64,000 nt of DNA from Nitrososphaerota archaeon (GCA_011605725.1 JAAOZP010000010.1:20973-84972), one strand, 5' to 3'; positions 46,666 to 56,405 are shown, counted from the first letter of the stretch. The notes: generated by a model not told the origin, from the sequence alone. A program made the numbers and translations.

Positions 46666-47709
46666 ATGAGACAAGTTAAGTTTGGTGTAGTCGGCGCCGG
46701 GGTGGGGGCCAGCTTCGCCCTCCGCGCCATGAGGCTTCTGGAGGAGAAAGAGGGAATTGTTAAAGCAGTCGCTGTATGCGACGTTGTTGAAGATTTAGCT
46801 AGAAAGACTGCTGGGGAGTTCGGGATAAAGTATTTTCTCAACCATAGAGATTTACTCGTCGAGGAAAGGGTTGACGCTGTTTTCATTTCAACACCACATT
46901 ATCTGCATTTCCCAATGGCTATAGATGCTATAGAAGCTGGTGTAAATGTGCTTGTCGATAAGCCCATGGCTATAAGCGTCAGAGAGGCTGATGAGATGAT
47001 AAGAAGGGCTAGGAAAGCTGGTGTGAAGCTTGGCGTAAACCTTCAGGGCAGGTTTGACCCCAGCATTCTAAAGGTAAAGGAGGCGGTTGACACAGGTAGG
47101 CTGGGTAGGCTTTTCTACGGGGAGGCGACTGTGAAATGGTTCAGGACGAGAGAATACTATGATAAAAGCCCTTGGAGAGGGAGATGGGCTACTGAGGGCG
47201 GTGGGGCGCTCATAAACCAAGCTATTCACACGTTAGACCAACTTGTTTGGATTATGGGATCTGTGGAGTATCTTTGGGCTCAATGTAGTACTGTTTTCCA
47301 TAATATAGAGGTTGAGGATCTGGCTGTCGCCACTCTAAGGTTTAAGAACGGCGCTTTAGGCCTTGTTCAGGCCAGCACTGCCCTTTACCCTGGCTTTCCA
47401 ACCGGGCTTGAACTCTACGGGACGAATGGCACAGCCATCATAGAGGGAGAGGTGATTAAACTCTTGGACATAAAGGGGGAGAAACCTTATTCTGAAAAAG
47501 AGGCTAAAGGCGGGTTAGAAACTTGGACTAGGCCAGAGGCTGCACCACCGTTGAACCATGCCGCGTCTATAAGGGACTTTGCTCAAGCCATCTTGGAGGA
47601 TAGAGAGCCTAAGGTTTCTGGCGAAGAGGGTAGAAAGTCTATCGAAATTATAAGCGCTATTTACCAGTCCAGTAAGAATGGTCAAGTTGTCAGGCTGCCG
47701 TTGACATGA
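46666..47709 (+). CDS. Gfo/Idh/MocA-family NAD(P)-dependent oxidoreductase
   Basis: MRQVKFGVVGAGVGASF, VFISTPHYLH and VLVDKPMA. The start is moved to the ATG at 46666. Confidence 0.85.
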   Translation: MRQVKFGVVGAGVGASFALRAMRLLEEKEGIVKAVAVCDVVEDLARKTAGEFGIKYFLNHRDLLVEERVDAVFISTPHYLHFPMAIDAIEAGVNVLVDKPMAISVREADEMIRRARKAGVKLGVNLQGRFDPSILKVKEAVDTGRLGRLFYGEATVKWFRTREYYDKSPWRGRWATEGGGALINQAIHTLDQLVWIMGSVEYLWAQCSTVFHNIEVEDLAVATLRFKNGALGLVQASTALYPGFPTGLELYGTNGTAIIEGEVIKLLDIKGEKPYSEKEAKGGLETWTRPEAAPPLNHAASIRDFAQAILEDREPKVSGEEGRKSIEIISAIYQSSKNGQVVRLPLT

Positions 47710-47738
47710 TTTAAAAACTTGTAGACGCCTGCATAGAT

Positions 47739-48656
47739 TTATTCCAGATCAAGCTTCAAAACCCTGGTGGCGTTTCTATACATGATTTTATCATAAGTTT
47801 TTAGAGATATTTTTCCTTCTTCCATCAAGTTGCGCAAGTATTTCAGTTGAGGTATGTCTTGATTCGGCATATCTAAGTCCGTTCCGAACATCAACCGGTC
47901 TTGAAACTCCTCTAAGAATTGAATTCCGAACTCCGGGTCTCTCGAGATAGCGTTATACCCGCTGCCAGCTGAAAGATCCCCATAAAGGTTTTGATATTTT
48001 CGGAATAAGTCGACGACTCTTCCTCCAGGGGCAACTCTGCCAGTTGGATAACTGTTCCTCTCCTCCGGCTTTAGGTCTCCGGATATTTCAGCCCAGAATG
48101 GTTGAGAATGTCCTATAAATACTAGGTTTGGAAACATTTTTAGACATTTTTCAAGCCTAGGCAGACCGGGCTCATCCACAAGGCCATAACATCCACCTAT
48201 GTTGGGACCAATGTGGAATAATACTGGAAGCTCCAATTCTTCACAAACCCTGAAGAGGCTCAAGACCCTTGGGTCATCAAAATATATGTTGGCCGTTACT
48301 TCACCCACTCCTCTGCATCCTTCGCTTTTATACTCCTCAATTATGAATCGTAGACTTTTTTCCGAGCCGGCGTTTAGCCTTGGATCCGGGTTGCAGAAGG
48401 GGATTAGCTTGTCACCATATTCCTTGCAAAACTCTATAGCATCGCGGGTGGCCACAGGCTCTATGGAGCTTTCCGGGCTTGGCAGTGGGAGAATAACCGT
48501 CTTGTCTATCCCTTCCTTCCTCATCCTTCTAACAAGCTCAGACACGGTTATCCACCTTACGTACCTGTTTTTAACAGGGTCGTATGAAAGCCAACCGGGT
48601 CTTGGAGAGCAGTGCGCATGAATGTCGATGATCATGCTAACTGTTCTGCGGAGCAA
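47739..48656 (-). CDS. Amidohydrolase-2 family metal-dependent hydrolase (TIM barrel)
   Basis: IIDIHAHC, VLFHIG, FIGHSQPFW and MFGTDLDMP. Confidence 0.75.
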   Translation of the reverse strand: MLRRTVSMIIDIHAHCSPRPGWLSYDPVKNRYVRWITVSELVRRMRKEGIDKTVILPLPSPESSIEPVATRDAIEFCKEYGDKLIPFCNPDPRLNAGSEKSLRFIIEEYKSEGCRGVGEVTANIYFDDPRVLSLFRVCEELELPVLFHIGPNIGGCYGLVDEPGLPRLEKCLKMFPNLVFIGHSQPFWAEISGDLKPEERNSYPTGRVAPGGRVVDLFRKYQNLYGDLSAGSGYNAISRDPEFGIQFLEEFQDRLMFGTDLDMPNQDIPQLKYLRNLMEEGKISLKTYDKIMYRNATRVLKLDLE

Positions 48657-48760
48657 GCTATTTAAGCATTCGACGAGTCGAATGCGTCGAGGTCAGGAAA
48701 ACACGCGCTCCTGATGATTAGGAGTCTCTAGGCTTTAGGATTCAAGCACCTGCTTAAAGC

Positions 48761-50134
48761 TTAGTCGCCAACTCCTCCGATCCTTAGCTTCTTGTATAGG
48801 ATTGCTACTGCAAAGGCAACAACGCATATTAGGGCCACTGCTAATATTTTAACATAGTCTATTCTCCAAACCGCTTTAATTACCTTGGATTCGTCAACAT
48901 AGATTTCTACAGACCTCTCGTCTATCACCATGTCTCTAGGCCCCAGGCCTTCAAAATGGTCGAAAACAAAGAAGCCCCAGCTTGTCGCATTCATCCTTAT
49001 GAGGGCGTAGGAGCCCTCGTCGTACCAGCCTGCGCCCAAGGCTTTTCCATACTCCGTCTCCACAGTGATATAATGCTTCTCTGAAATCAATGCGTTCAAA
49101 AGATCAATACGCCACTCTCCCTTATCCGGGTCGTAGGCTCCAAAGCCTGCGCAGAACTCCCAATAGCACCAGGCTATTCCCCTCTTCTCAGCCTCCCTTG
49201 CGACGAAACGTGTCCACCTTACCCTGGAGTCCATATCGGCTTTACTGTATGCTCCGAACTCGCCCATTAAAAGAGGAATATTGCCGTGTTGCGCTGCCCA
49301 TTGGACAGCCATGTTCAACTCATCCAGGATTGTTTTTTTCTCAGCTTCGGTTCCAAGCCATTTCCTTCCAACGGCAGGGGAAGGACTGACCCATTCTGCT
49401 CCTTGATGGGTGAATTCAAACGGTGTATAAAAATGAAAGGTGACGATAATATTATCATCCTCAGGAATCTCCAGCCCTTTAAGATTATAGATGCTGTTCC
49501 AACCCGTGGGACCTATGATTATTTTCCTCGACGGATTAGTCTCCCTTATTGTTTCAACAGCCTCTTGGACGAGCTCGTTCCACTTCTCGTCTGTCAGCTC
49601 TCCATAAGGCTCGTTCAACAGCTCGAAGTAAAGTGTTTCAGGGTAATCCTTATAGTGCTCGGATATTTGCCTCCACAATGCTATGAAGCGGTTCCTATGG
49701 TTTAAGGGATCTTGCATTATTTCTTCATAGTGGTGGATATTTATTATGGTGATGAGATTCTGCTCCAGCGACTTGTTCACAACCCAATCAACTCTCTTGA
49801 AGAAGTCCCCATCAATCCTGTATGGTGGATTAATTTCCGCGTGGGCTGACCATTTTATAGGGATCCTAACAGTGTCAAAGCCCGCTTCCTTTATTATTCT
49901 GAAATACTCGTCCCTAATGTAAACCCCCCACTCGCCCTCCCTAGGCGCCTCCAACGCGTTCCCGATGTTTATCCCCCTCCGCATCCCGGATTTTAAGACG
50001 GCTTCCTCAAGCTGATAATAAGCCGGTTGCATCTGCTCATCGTCTCCCCCTTTGCTAACCGAGTAGGATATGGTTAGGAAGAGTAGGCTCAGCAATAAGA
50101 CGTATGGTTCAAGCCTTTTTTCAAGTGAAGCCAT
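48761..50134 (-). CDS. Glycoside hydrolase family 5 endoglucanase (cellulase), secreted with a C-terminal membrane anchor
   Basis: N-terminal hydrophobic LEPYVLLLSLLFLTISY, GINIGNALEAP, FDTVRIPIKW, acid/base FELLNEP, FHFYTP, nucleophile LLMGEFGA. An extra roughly 90-aa domain follows, then the TM ILAVALICVVAFAVAILY. Confidence 0.85.
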   Translation of the reverse strand: MASLEKRLEPYVLLLSLLFLTISYSVSKGGDDEQMQPAYYQLEEAVLKSGMRRGINIGNALEAPREGEWGVYIRDEYFRIIKEAGFDTVRIPIKWSAHAEINPPYRIDGDFFKRVDWVVNKSLEQNLITIINIHHYEEIMQDPLNHRNRFIALWRQISEHYKDYPETLYFELLNEPYGELTDEKWNELVQEAVETIRETNPSRKIIIGPTGWNSIYNLKGLEIPEDDNIIVTFHFYTPFEFTHQGAEWVSPSPAVGRKWLGTEAEKKTILDELNMAVQWAAQHGNIPLLMGEFGAYSKADMDSRVRWTRFVAREAEKRGIAWCYWEFCAGFGAYDPDKGEWRIDLLNALISEKHYITVETEYGKALGAGWYDEGSYALIRMNATSWGFFVFDHFEGLGPRDMVIDERSVEIYVDESKVIKAVWRIDYVKILAVALICVVAFAVAILYKKLRIGGVGD

Positions 50135-50167
50135 CTGTAAGATCCTCTCTCAAGCTCTTTTAAAATT

Positions 50168-50536
50168 TTATTCCGGGGCGTTGAAAGATATTTTCTCAAT
50201 TCTTCCGGAGTCCGGATTGATCCTCAGATCCAGCACTATTTCTTTTTCTCCATGGTATAGATGTGCGTTAAAGCATCGGTCTGCTTCGTCGAAAGAATAT
50301 TCCGCCATCATCAGGTTTACCTTACAACCGGACTCTATAAGCCTAGCTGTAAGCCTATTGCTACCTAGTATCTGCATTATTCTCTGCCCAAGCTCGCTCG
50401 TCGTATTAATAACCGAAACCCTTGCGAATACAGCTGGCGAAACCCAAACGTTTGAGCTATTCTTTAAGCATGCTTCATCCATACTGTAAGTATACCCTGG
50501 ATCATACGGGTTTTTGGATCCGACTATCGTGCCCAC
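50168..50536 (-). CDS. Hypothetical ORF. It is in frame with the upstream ORF and separated from it only by one TAG plus 20 open codons.
   Basis: See the finding. GTG start at 50536. The frame remains open upstream to 50596. Confidence 0.3.
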   Translation of the reverse strand: MGTIVGSKNPYDPGYTYSMDEACLKNSSNVWVSPAVFARVSVINTTSELGQRIMQILGSNRLTARLIESGCKVNLMMAEYSFDEADRCFNAHLYHGEKEIVLDLRINPDSGRIEKISFNAPE

Positions 50537-50596
50537 GACATATGCTTCACCATATTTGTAAATATATACGCAGATCCCATTGGTCTTATTATTCTC

Positions 50597-51001
50597 CTAA
50601 AGGGATACTCGCAATTCTTTGAACGCGTTAGCATTAGACTCGATTCTATAGGTTTCATTAAAGATTACGGTACAGGATGCTTCAATCCCCTCAACCAGCA
50701 GTTCTATTTCCGCGTATGAAGTCCAAACCATGCTCCACTCTCCTAATTCTCCGGTTATTCTAATGCTTTCAATGACATACGCAAAGCCCTCTTCCTTAAG
50801 CCATTTAATGAAAGACTGGTTCTCCAGGATCCTGATCGCCTTATTCTTAAACTTCTCAGGCGGGTTTCTCAGCCTAGGGTAGGAGAGGTTCAGAACGCTG
50901 ATCATTGCCTCTACCGGTGAGTCGTTAAAATACAGTTTTAGTTGCTCCGCACCTTTCTTCAAATCCTTCATGCTGAAAACATGCCCTGAATCATTAATCA
51001 T
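50597..51001 (-). CDS. Hypothetical ORF (134 aa) ending at TAG 50599-50597
   Basis: ORF only. It is in the same frame as 50168..50536. Confidence 0.3.
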   Translation of the reverse strand: MINDSGHVFSMKDLKKGAEQLKLYFNDSPVEAMISVLNLSYPRLRNPPEKFKNKAIRILENQSFIKWLKEEGFAYVIESIRITGELGEWSMVWTSYAEIELLVEGIEASCTVIFNETYRIESNANAFKELRVSL

Positions 51002-51039
51002 GCTTATTCCAACCGTCTCTTCTCGCCATTCTACCTTAA

Positions 51040-51492
51040 GAAGTTCCTATTGAACTTACACCAAGGCTCCCTGAGGAAAACGAAACCGTGTTTCTAACAG
51101 AGTGTGCTAAGTTTGACGAAGAGATAATGGGGAAGATCAAAAATCATCTTGTTAATGGTGGGGACGTTATAATCACATCCGGCTTCGTGAAAGCGATGCA
51201 GAATGAAGTGAGCAGAGAGCTCGTGGAGGTTGAATATACTGGTGGAAAAATACTTGTTAAAGATTTCTCCGAGTTCTTCCCTTTCAGAGATGTTTATCAC
51301 TCAGACGTGGAAATACTCGTTCCGCATCTCAAATATCCTACTAACGATGCTTGGGAGATCTTTACGTGTTTAAGCAAGGGGAATGGATACCCCTTATTAA
51401 TGGGTACGAACTACGGTAGCGCGCGCTACGAATCCGGAGAGAACTGTTGTAATAGGACCAGCGTATTGGAATACCATCGATCACCTGGATGA
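51040..51492 (+). pseudogene. Orphan ORF fragment abutting the GH5 remnant (unrecognised origin)
   Basis: The frame opens immediately after a TAA at 51037-51039 with the internal-looking sequence EVPIELTPRLPEENETVFLTECAKFDEE. It has no convincing N-terminus or promoter and ends 3' inside GH5-homologous DNA. Confidence 0.3.
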
Positions 51493-51912
51493 GCTCAAGC
51501 TTCCAGAAGAAGATGAGAATATAATAGTTACAATTCATTACTACAGCCCCATGGATTTTACTCATCAGGGTGCTAAATGGGCTGGTCGGGAGGACAAGGT
51601 TGGGGTCGAGTGGAAAGGTACGCGGAGGAGAAGCAGGCTATTGAAAACGACTTCAAAAGGGCCCAGGCATGGTCGAAGAAGCATGGGATGCCGATTTTCC
51701 TAGGCGAGTTTGGTGTTTATGATAAGGCGGATATGGATTCGCGTGTAAGATACCTCAGCTTCATTGCCAGATTGGCTGAGAAAATGGGCTGGAGCTGGGC
51801 ATACTGGCAGTTCGACAGCGACTTCATACTCTACGATATTCCGAGCAACAAGTGGGTTGAGCCGGTTTTAAAAGCGCTCATACCGTCTTGCGAGAAGCAT
51901 AGGCAATCCTAG
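51401..51912 (+). pseudogene. Truncated, frameshifted GH5 cellulase remnant (paralog of 48761..50134)
   Basis: Frame 2 reads VARATNPERTVVIGPAYWNTIDHLDELKLPEEDENIIVTIHYYSPMDFTHQGAKWAG..VEWKGT. After a 1-nt slip near 51622, frame 1 reads AEEKQAIENDFKRAQAWSKKHGMPIFLGEFGVYDKADMDSRVRYLSFIARLAEKMGWSWAYWQF. This is collinear with the intact gene. The N-terminal half, including the NEP acid/base, is absent. Confidence 0.7.
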
Positions 51913-51964
51913 TTAGTCAAGCTTTATAACATCTTCTTGAATCATTTAATGCTGGAGTTGAAAA

Positions 51965-52972
51965 ATGGCTAGGATTCATCCGAGAAGACTGGGGAGATCA
52001 GGTATTAGAGTCAGTGCCATGGGCCTCGGCACTTGGGCTATCGGAGGGCCTTTCTGGCATGGAGACCAGCCTCTCGGTTGGGGGAGGGTGGATGATGAGG
52101 AGTCTATACGAGCTATACGTCGTGCACTTGATCTTGGCATAAACTTTTTCGACACGGCTGACGTCTACGGCGCCGGCCATAGTGAAAGAATACTTGGGGA
52201 AGCTTTAGAAGGCAGTAGGGATGAGGTGGTGATTGCAACTAAATTCGGTAATGTTTTCAATGAGGAAACTCGTCAGGTGACGGGGATAGACGTCTCGCCA
52301 GAATACGTTCGTAAAGCTTGTGAAGCCTCTATGCGTCGTTTGAAAACAGACTACATCGACCTCTACCAGCTACACGTGTGGTATCTCCCGGAGGAAAAGG
52401 CTGAACCGGTGAGAGAGGTTCTTGAAGAGCTCAGGAGTAACGATTTCATAAAGGCATACGGGTGGAGTACTGATGTTCCGGAATGTGCAAGGTTCTTTGC
52501 GGAGAAGCCTGGTTGTACAGCACTACAGCATGAGTTAAATGTCCTGGTTGATGCTAGAGACATGTTGGAGTTGTGCGATAGATTTGACTTAGCTAGTATA
52601 AACCGCACGCCGCTGGCCATGGGTCTTCTCACCGGTAAATTTACTCATGATTCACGTCTGCCCTCAGACGATGTGAGAGGCAAGGAACCGGAGTGGATGA
52701 AGTATTTCAAAAACGGGAAGCCTAGCCCAGAGTGGCTCCGGAAGCTTGAATCAGTCAGGGAAATACTTACTAGTGATGGGCGTACTCTTGCCCAAGGAGC
52801 ACTCGCATGGATCTGGGCCCGTAGCGAGAGAACGATTCCAATACCCGGCTTCAAAACGGTGAAGCAGGTTGAGGAGAATGCGGGAGCAATGGACTTCGGG
52901 CCTTTAAGCAAGGACCAGATGCAGCAAATAGACGAGATACTGGGCGAGAGAACTCCTAAATATTCTCCTTAA
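51965..52972 (+). CDS. Aldo/keto reductase
   Basis: LGRSGIRVSAMGLGTWAIGG, FFDTADVYGAGHSE and DLYQLH. Confidence 0.9.
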   Translation: MARIHPRRLGRSGIRVSAMGLGTWAIGGPFWHGDQPLGWGRVDDEESIRAIRRALDLGINFFDTADVYGAGHSERILGEALEGSRDEVVIATKFGNVFNEETRQVTGIDVSPEYVRKACEASMRRLKTDYIDLYQLHVWYLPEEKAEPVREVLEELRSNDFIKAYGWSTDVPECARFFAEKPGCTALQHELNVLVDARDMLELCDRFDLASINRTPLAMGLLTGKFTHDSRLPSDDVRGKEPEWMKYFKNGKPSPEWLRKLESVREILTSDGRTLAQGALAWIWARSERTIPIPGFKTVKQVEENAGAMDFGPLSKDQMQQIDEILGERTPKYSP

Positions 52973-53058
52973 GGCTACTATAGATTAGGCTGGAAGCTGC
53001 CTTTTCCAGCCTATTTTTAGGATAGCGGATTTTATATCCTCCTACTATGAACTGAGTC

Positions 53059-53949
53059 TTGATGCATAGAACTATGTTTCCCGCATCAGAGCCGCCCTCG
53101 CCTGAAATTGTTGCGGAGCTACTAGCCCAATGGGTAGACCCGGTTACTGAAGAACCGCCTGGTACAAGATATCGTCTTTATCCAACACCAGCTCGGGGAG
53201 CTGATACTCAAGGCAGCTACCTGATATATCTGCCGCCAAGCTATGAGCAGAATGATTCAAAGCGTTACCCAGTAATCTACTGGCTTCACGCAGGCTTTCA
53301 AAGTGCAAGACAGGGAGCATGGGCAGTTCAAAAATACGATGCAGCCATAAGGGCTAATTTAATGCCGGAAGTAATTATCGTTCTCCCTCAGGCACTTCCT
53401 GTCGGATGGTACGTGGACTCGAAAGACGGGAAGCTGCCTGTAGAGCAAGTAATCATTAAGAATCTAATTCCACATATTGATATTAACTATCGTACAATAG
53501 CCCGAAAAGAAGGGCGTGGTATAGAAGGTCATTCAATGGGCGGGTTTGGGGCTCTGCATCTGGGCCTCAAGTTTCCAAACTTGTTCGGCGCCATCTCTGC
53601 AATAGCGCCCAGTATACTGCGTAATTTGAGTGATGAACCTGTATACCGTACGTATTACACTTTTAACGGTGACCAAAACTATTACGAAGAAGTCGGTCCA
53701 TGGAACCTCGCTAAGCTTAATGCGAAGATGCTGAATGAAGAAAAAATAAAATTAAGAATACTATGTGGCGAATACGATTCGCGTCTACTACCTGCTTTAC
53801 AAGAGTATCATGAGTGGTTGAAAGAGCTAGGTATCGAGCACATATTTGTTACAGTGAAGGGTGCAGGGCATGATTATCGGGAAATATTTGAAGGCTATGG
53901 GCAAGGCGTATTCACATTTTGGTCAAACGCCTTTAAGGACTTAGAGTAA
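53059..53949 (+). CDS. Esterase (esterase-D / 'putative esterase' alpha/beta-hydrolase family)
   Basis: YLIYLPPSY....RYPVIYWLHA and the nucleophile elbow GHSMGGFGAL. No signal peptide is seen. Confidence 0.7.
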   Translation: MMHRTMFPASEPPSPEIVAELLAQWVDPVTEEPPGTRYRLYPTPARGADTQGSYLIYLPPSYEQNDSKRYPVIYWLHAGFQSARQGAWAVQKYDAAIRANLMPEVIIVLPQALPVGWYVDSKDGKLPVEQVIIKNLIPHIDINYRTIARKEGRGIEGHSMGGFGALHLGLKFPNLFGAISAIAPSILRNLSDEPVYRTYYTFNGDQNYYEEVGPWNLAKLNAKMLNEEKIKLRILCGEYDSRLLPALQEYHEWLKELGIEHIFVTVKGAGHDYREIFEGYGQGVFTFWSNAFKDLE

Positions 53950-53974
53950 GCGTATTCTAATTTTTAACGAGTGT

Positions 53975-55693
53975 TTAGAATGGGAAAACTCCTGCTGAAA
54001 TCCATGCGAACATGAGAGTGTTAAAAACAGTGCCCATGCCTATGGATGAGGTGAGCCTGTGGAGCCACCATGAGCATGCTGTTGAAATTGCGAATTGTAA
54101 TGTTATGAGTGGGAGAAACTCTATTAGGAAGCCGAGGAAAGAGGTGAGTGGCTTAACCTCGAGCAGGAACATCGGGATATACTGTAACCCCATGATGAGA
54201 ATGTATGGTGCAATCTTGATTCCGATCGTTCTACCCATCTCTAAGGCTTCCGTGAGAAACCCGCTTTCCCCGCTTTCTCCACGCAGAACATGTAGGTAAA
54301 TCCCCTCGACGTAGAAGAAGACTAGGAAGAACGGTATGAAAGTCAGAAACAGGGTGATTCTCGATAGTGTTCGGAGAACTTTGAAAATAGGCACGAAAAC
54401 CCATAGGTTCATGCCCAATAGTAGGTCAATAAGATAAACGATAACGTACAGCATTAGGAACAGGCTTACCGCGGCCAAGGCTTCCTGCCACTTGAAGGAT
54501 TCAGATATTAGTTTTCTCATTCTGAGCCTGACGCCTGAGAACCTGGGTATAACGAACAGGATGAGGAGGATCCCGGTGATAGCAACCATGAGCAGCCACC
54601 ACGCTATGGAGGCGCCGAATAAAACGGGTGGGAAAACCAGGCTTAGGCCCAGCGGGAAAGTCGGTAGGAGAAGAGCTATGCTTAGAGCCCCCCAGATGAC
54701 CATAATCTTCCAGTCTTTAATGGAACCGTGTTCTACTCTAGCAGCCTTCCTACTTGGAAGCTTCAGCAAGATGAGCGTGGAAACCGGGAAGGTTAACCCT
54801 ACTAGCGAGAAAACGCTTAGGAGCATCATTGTTTCACGGCAGGGATATGTTAAGCCTTCTTCCAACAGCTCGATTCGGCTGGCTTCACTAGGCTTGAGAG
54901 CACTGCTCATCCAGACGACTATTTCTGAAACAATAGTCGGGTCAAGGGGTTCAAGCAGATGAGTTGTAGCCGGAGCTACTAGTTTCCTTGCGGTTCCAGA
55001 GTTGAAATCACCGTATAGTCTTCCAATATAAATCTCCTGAACCCCGAAAACCGGAGGCAGCCATTCTCCAGCAACCTGGTTCAAGTTGAAAAGAACGTCC
55101 TGCCTACCTATGGCTACCAGAAGGTTCCTTGGGAAAGTAGTGTTTAGAACACCGTATTCCAACGGGCTGGAAGCCATTCCGCCTAAGCCTCCCGCTATGA
55201 GCACGGTTGCTTTAACCTCCCGGTGGGCGGCAGCAGCAGCCCTGACTGCTCCAGCCCCCAAGCTGTGCCCAACTAGGCCGAGTGAAGAAGCGTCTACATA
55301 CGGTAGTGTTTCAACGTATTCTAACGCTGCAATAGCCCCGAGGCTGGGGTCCCTAGTTGCGCCGAGCCTTCCACCGGAGTCGCCGTGGCCCACAACATCT
55401 ATAGATAATGTGACGAAGCCTCTTCGAGCAAGCTCCAAAGCTATGCTGCTCATTGATTCTTTAGCACTGCTGATACCGTGTACAAGGACTACTGCCGGCA
55501 TAGGGTTTTCCTCGGTTGCTGCACGCGGACGGTATAGTACTCCACTTATGTAGTGGTCGCCATCCGGTATTATAACAGTTTTTACTTCAAGCTTTCCAAA
55601 GTCGTTGTTTATTAGGAATGCTACCGCTGTTCCAGTGAGGAAAACAGCAGCTAAAACAATCAGTGTCAAACAGCTTGCTCTCACTTGTTCCAT
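53975..55693 (-). CDS. Alpha/beta-hydrolase domain fused to a polytopic C-terminal membrane domain
   Basis: N-terminal anchor LTLIVLAAVFLTGTAVAFL, then PAVVLVHGISSAKESM and the elbow GHSLGAG. The last roughly 290 aa contain about 8 hydrophobic helices. Confidence 0.65.
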   Translation of the reverse strand: MEQVRASCLTLIVLAAVFLTGTAVAFLINNDFGKLEVKTVIIPDGDHYISGVLYRPRAATEENPMPAVVLVHGISSAKESMSSIALELARRGFVTLSIDVVGHGDSGGRLGATRDPSLGAIAALEYVETLPYVDASSLGLVGHSLGAGAVRAAAAAHREVKATVLIAGGLGGMASSPLEYGVLNTTFPRNLLVAIGRQDVLFNLNQVAGEWLPPVFGVQEIYIGRLYGDFNSGTARKLVAPATTHLLEPLDPTIVSEIVVWMSSALKPSEASRIELLEEGLTYPCRETMMLLSVFSLVGLTFPVSTLILLKLPSRKAARVEHGSIKDWKIMVIWGALSIALLLPTFPLGLSLVFPPVLFGASIAWWLLMVAITGILLILFVIPRFSGVRLRMRKLISESFKWQEALAAVSLFLMLYVIVYLIDLLLGMNLWVFVPIFKVLRTLSRITLFLTFIPFFLVFFYVEGIYLHVLRGESGESGFLTEALEMGRTIGIKIAPYILIMGLQYIPMFLLEVKPLTSFLGFLIEFLPLITLQFAISTACSWWLHRLTSSIGMGTVFNTLMFAWISAGVFPF

Positions 55694-55811
55694 GCGTGTT
55701 CACGTTTTCCCTTAAGCCTATATATCTGTTTTCACAACGTCTCAAACCTTTTCTGCTTAGATTAATCGCACCTTTCCCCGTCTATGGTTCCCCTAAAGGG
55801 GTTTTAAGCCG

Positions 55812-56291
55812 TCAGTCCTCTGGCGTCCTTGTTTTCCTTTCAACAGCCGCTTTAGCAAGGGTTTCTCCAAGCCTCTTAAACTCAGACAAATCTTTTTCAA
55901 ACGGCGATCCTTTCTCCCTGAGCCCCCAGACAACGCCTCCAGCAGCCTTCTCCATTTTGAAAGCTGAGAAAATCCTTTCTATGCTTAATAGAGCCGAGTC
56001 GCTTGAACTGCCACCGCATGTGAATGCTGCTGCAGGTTTTCCTGAAACCTTTTCCCTTATGCTCCAAGCTCTGTCGAAGAAATCCTTCAACAATCCCGCC
56101 ATGTAGCCGAAATAGTTGGGTGAGCCGAATGCTACAGCGTCGCACGATATAAGGTCTTCAACAGTAGCGTAGTCCACGCGTTTCAGCTCAGCAGTAGCGC
56201 CTTCAATCTTCTCTACGCCTTGAGCAACCGCCTTAGCTAAGGCTTCAACGTTCCCTCCTCGAGAGTAGTAAAGTATTAAGACTCTAACCAT
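55812..56291 (-). CDS. Flavodoxin-like fold NAD(P)H:FMN oxidoreductase (WrbA/FMN-reductase type)
   Basis: MVRVLILYYSRGGNVEALA and AVAFGSPNYFGYMAG. Confidence 0.75.
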   Translation of the reverse strand: MVRVLILYYSRGGNVEALAKAVAQGVEKIEGATAELKRVDYATVEDLISCDAVAFGSPNYFGYMAGLLKDFFDRAWSIREKVSGKPAAAFTCGGSSSDSALLSIERIFSAFKMEKAAGGVVWGLREKGSPFEKDLSEFKRLGETLAKAAVERKTRTPED

Positions 56292-56405
56292 GTTCCCAAA
56301 CCTCCTGCGTCACCCTGCAATCCTAATAAAAATATTTTACTGTGAAAGCGTTTAAACTATACTTTTTGATTCCAGAACTGGTGGAAATAAAGGTTAAAAA
56401 GGCGG

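Noticed and set aside
50597-50599. In-frame TAG considered as pyrrolysine or programmed readthrough.
   Set aside because: No pyl genes or methylamine methyltransferase context are present in this window, and the lineage markers are non-methanogen TACK-type. Adjacent loci are visibly decaying, so a nonsense mutation is more parsimonious.
51417-51440. 'CGAATCC' next to a GC-rich palindrome, checked as a possible tRNA T-arm.
   Set aside because: No acceptor, D or anticodon stems can be drawn. The sequence is in frame with GH5-homologous coding DNA (VARATNPE).
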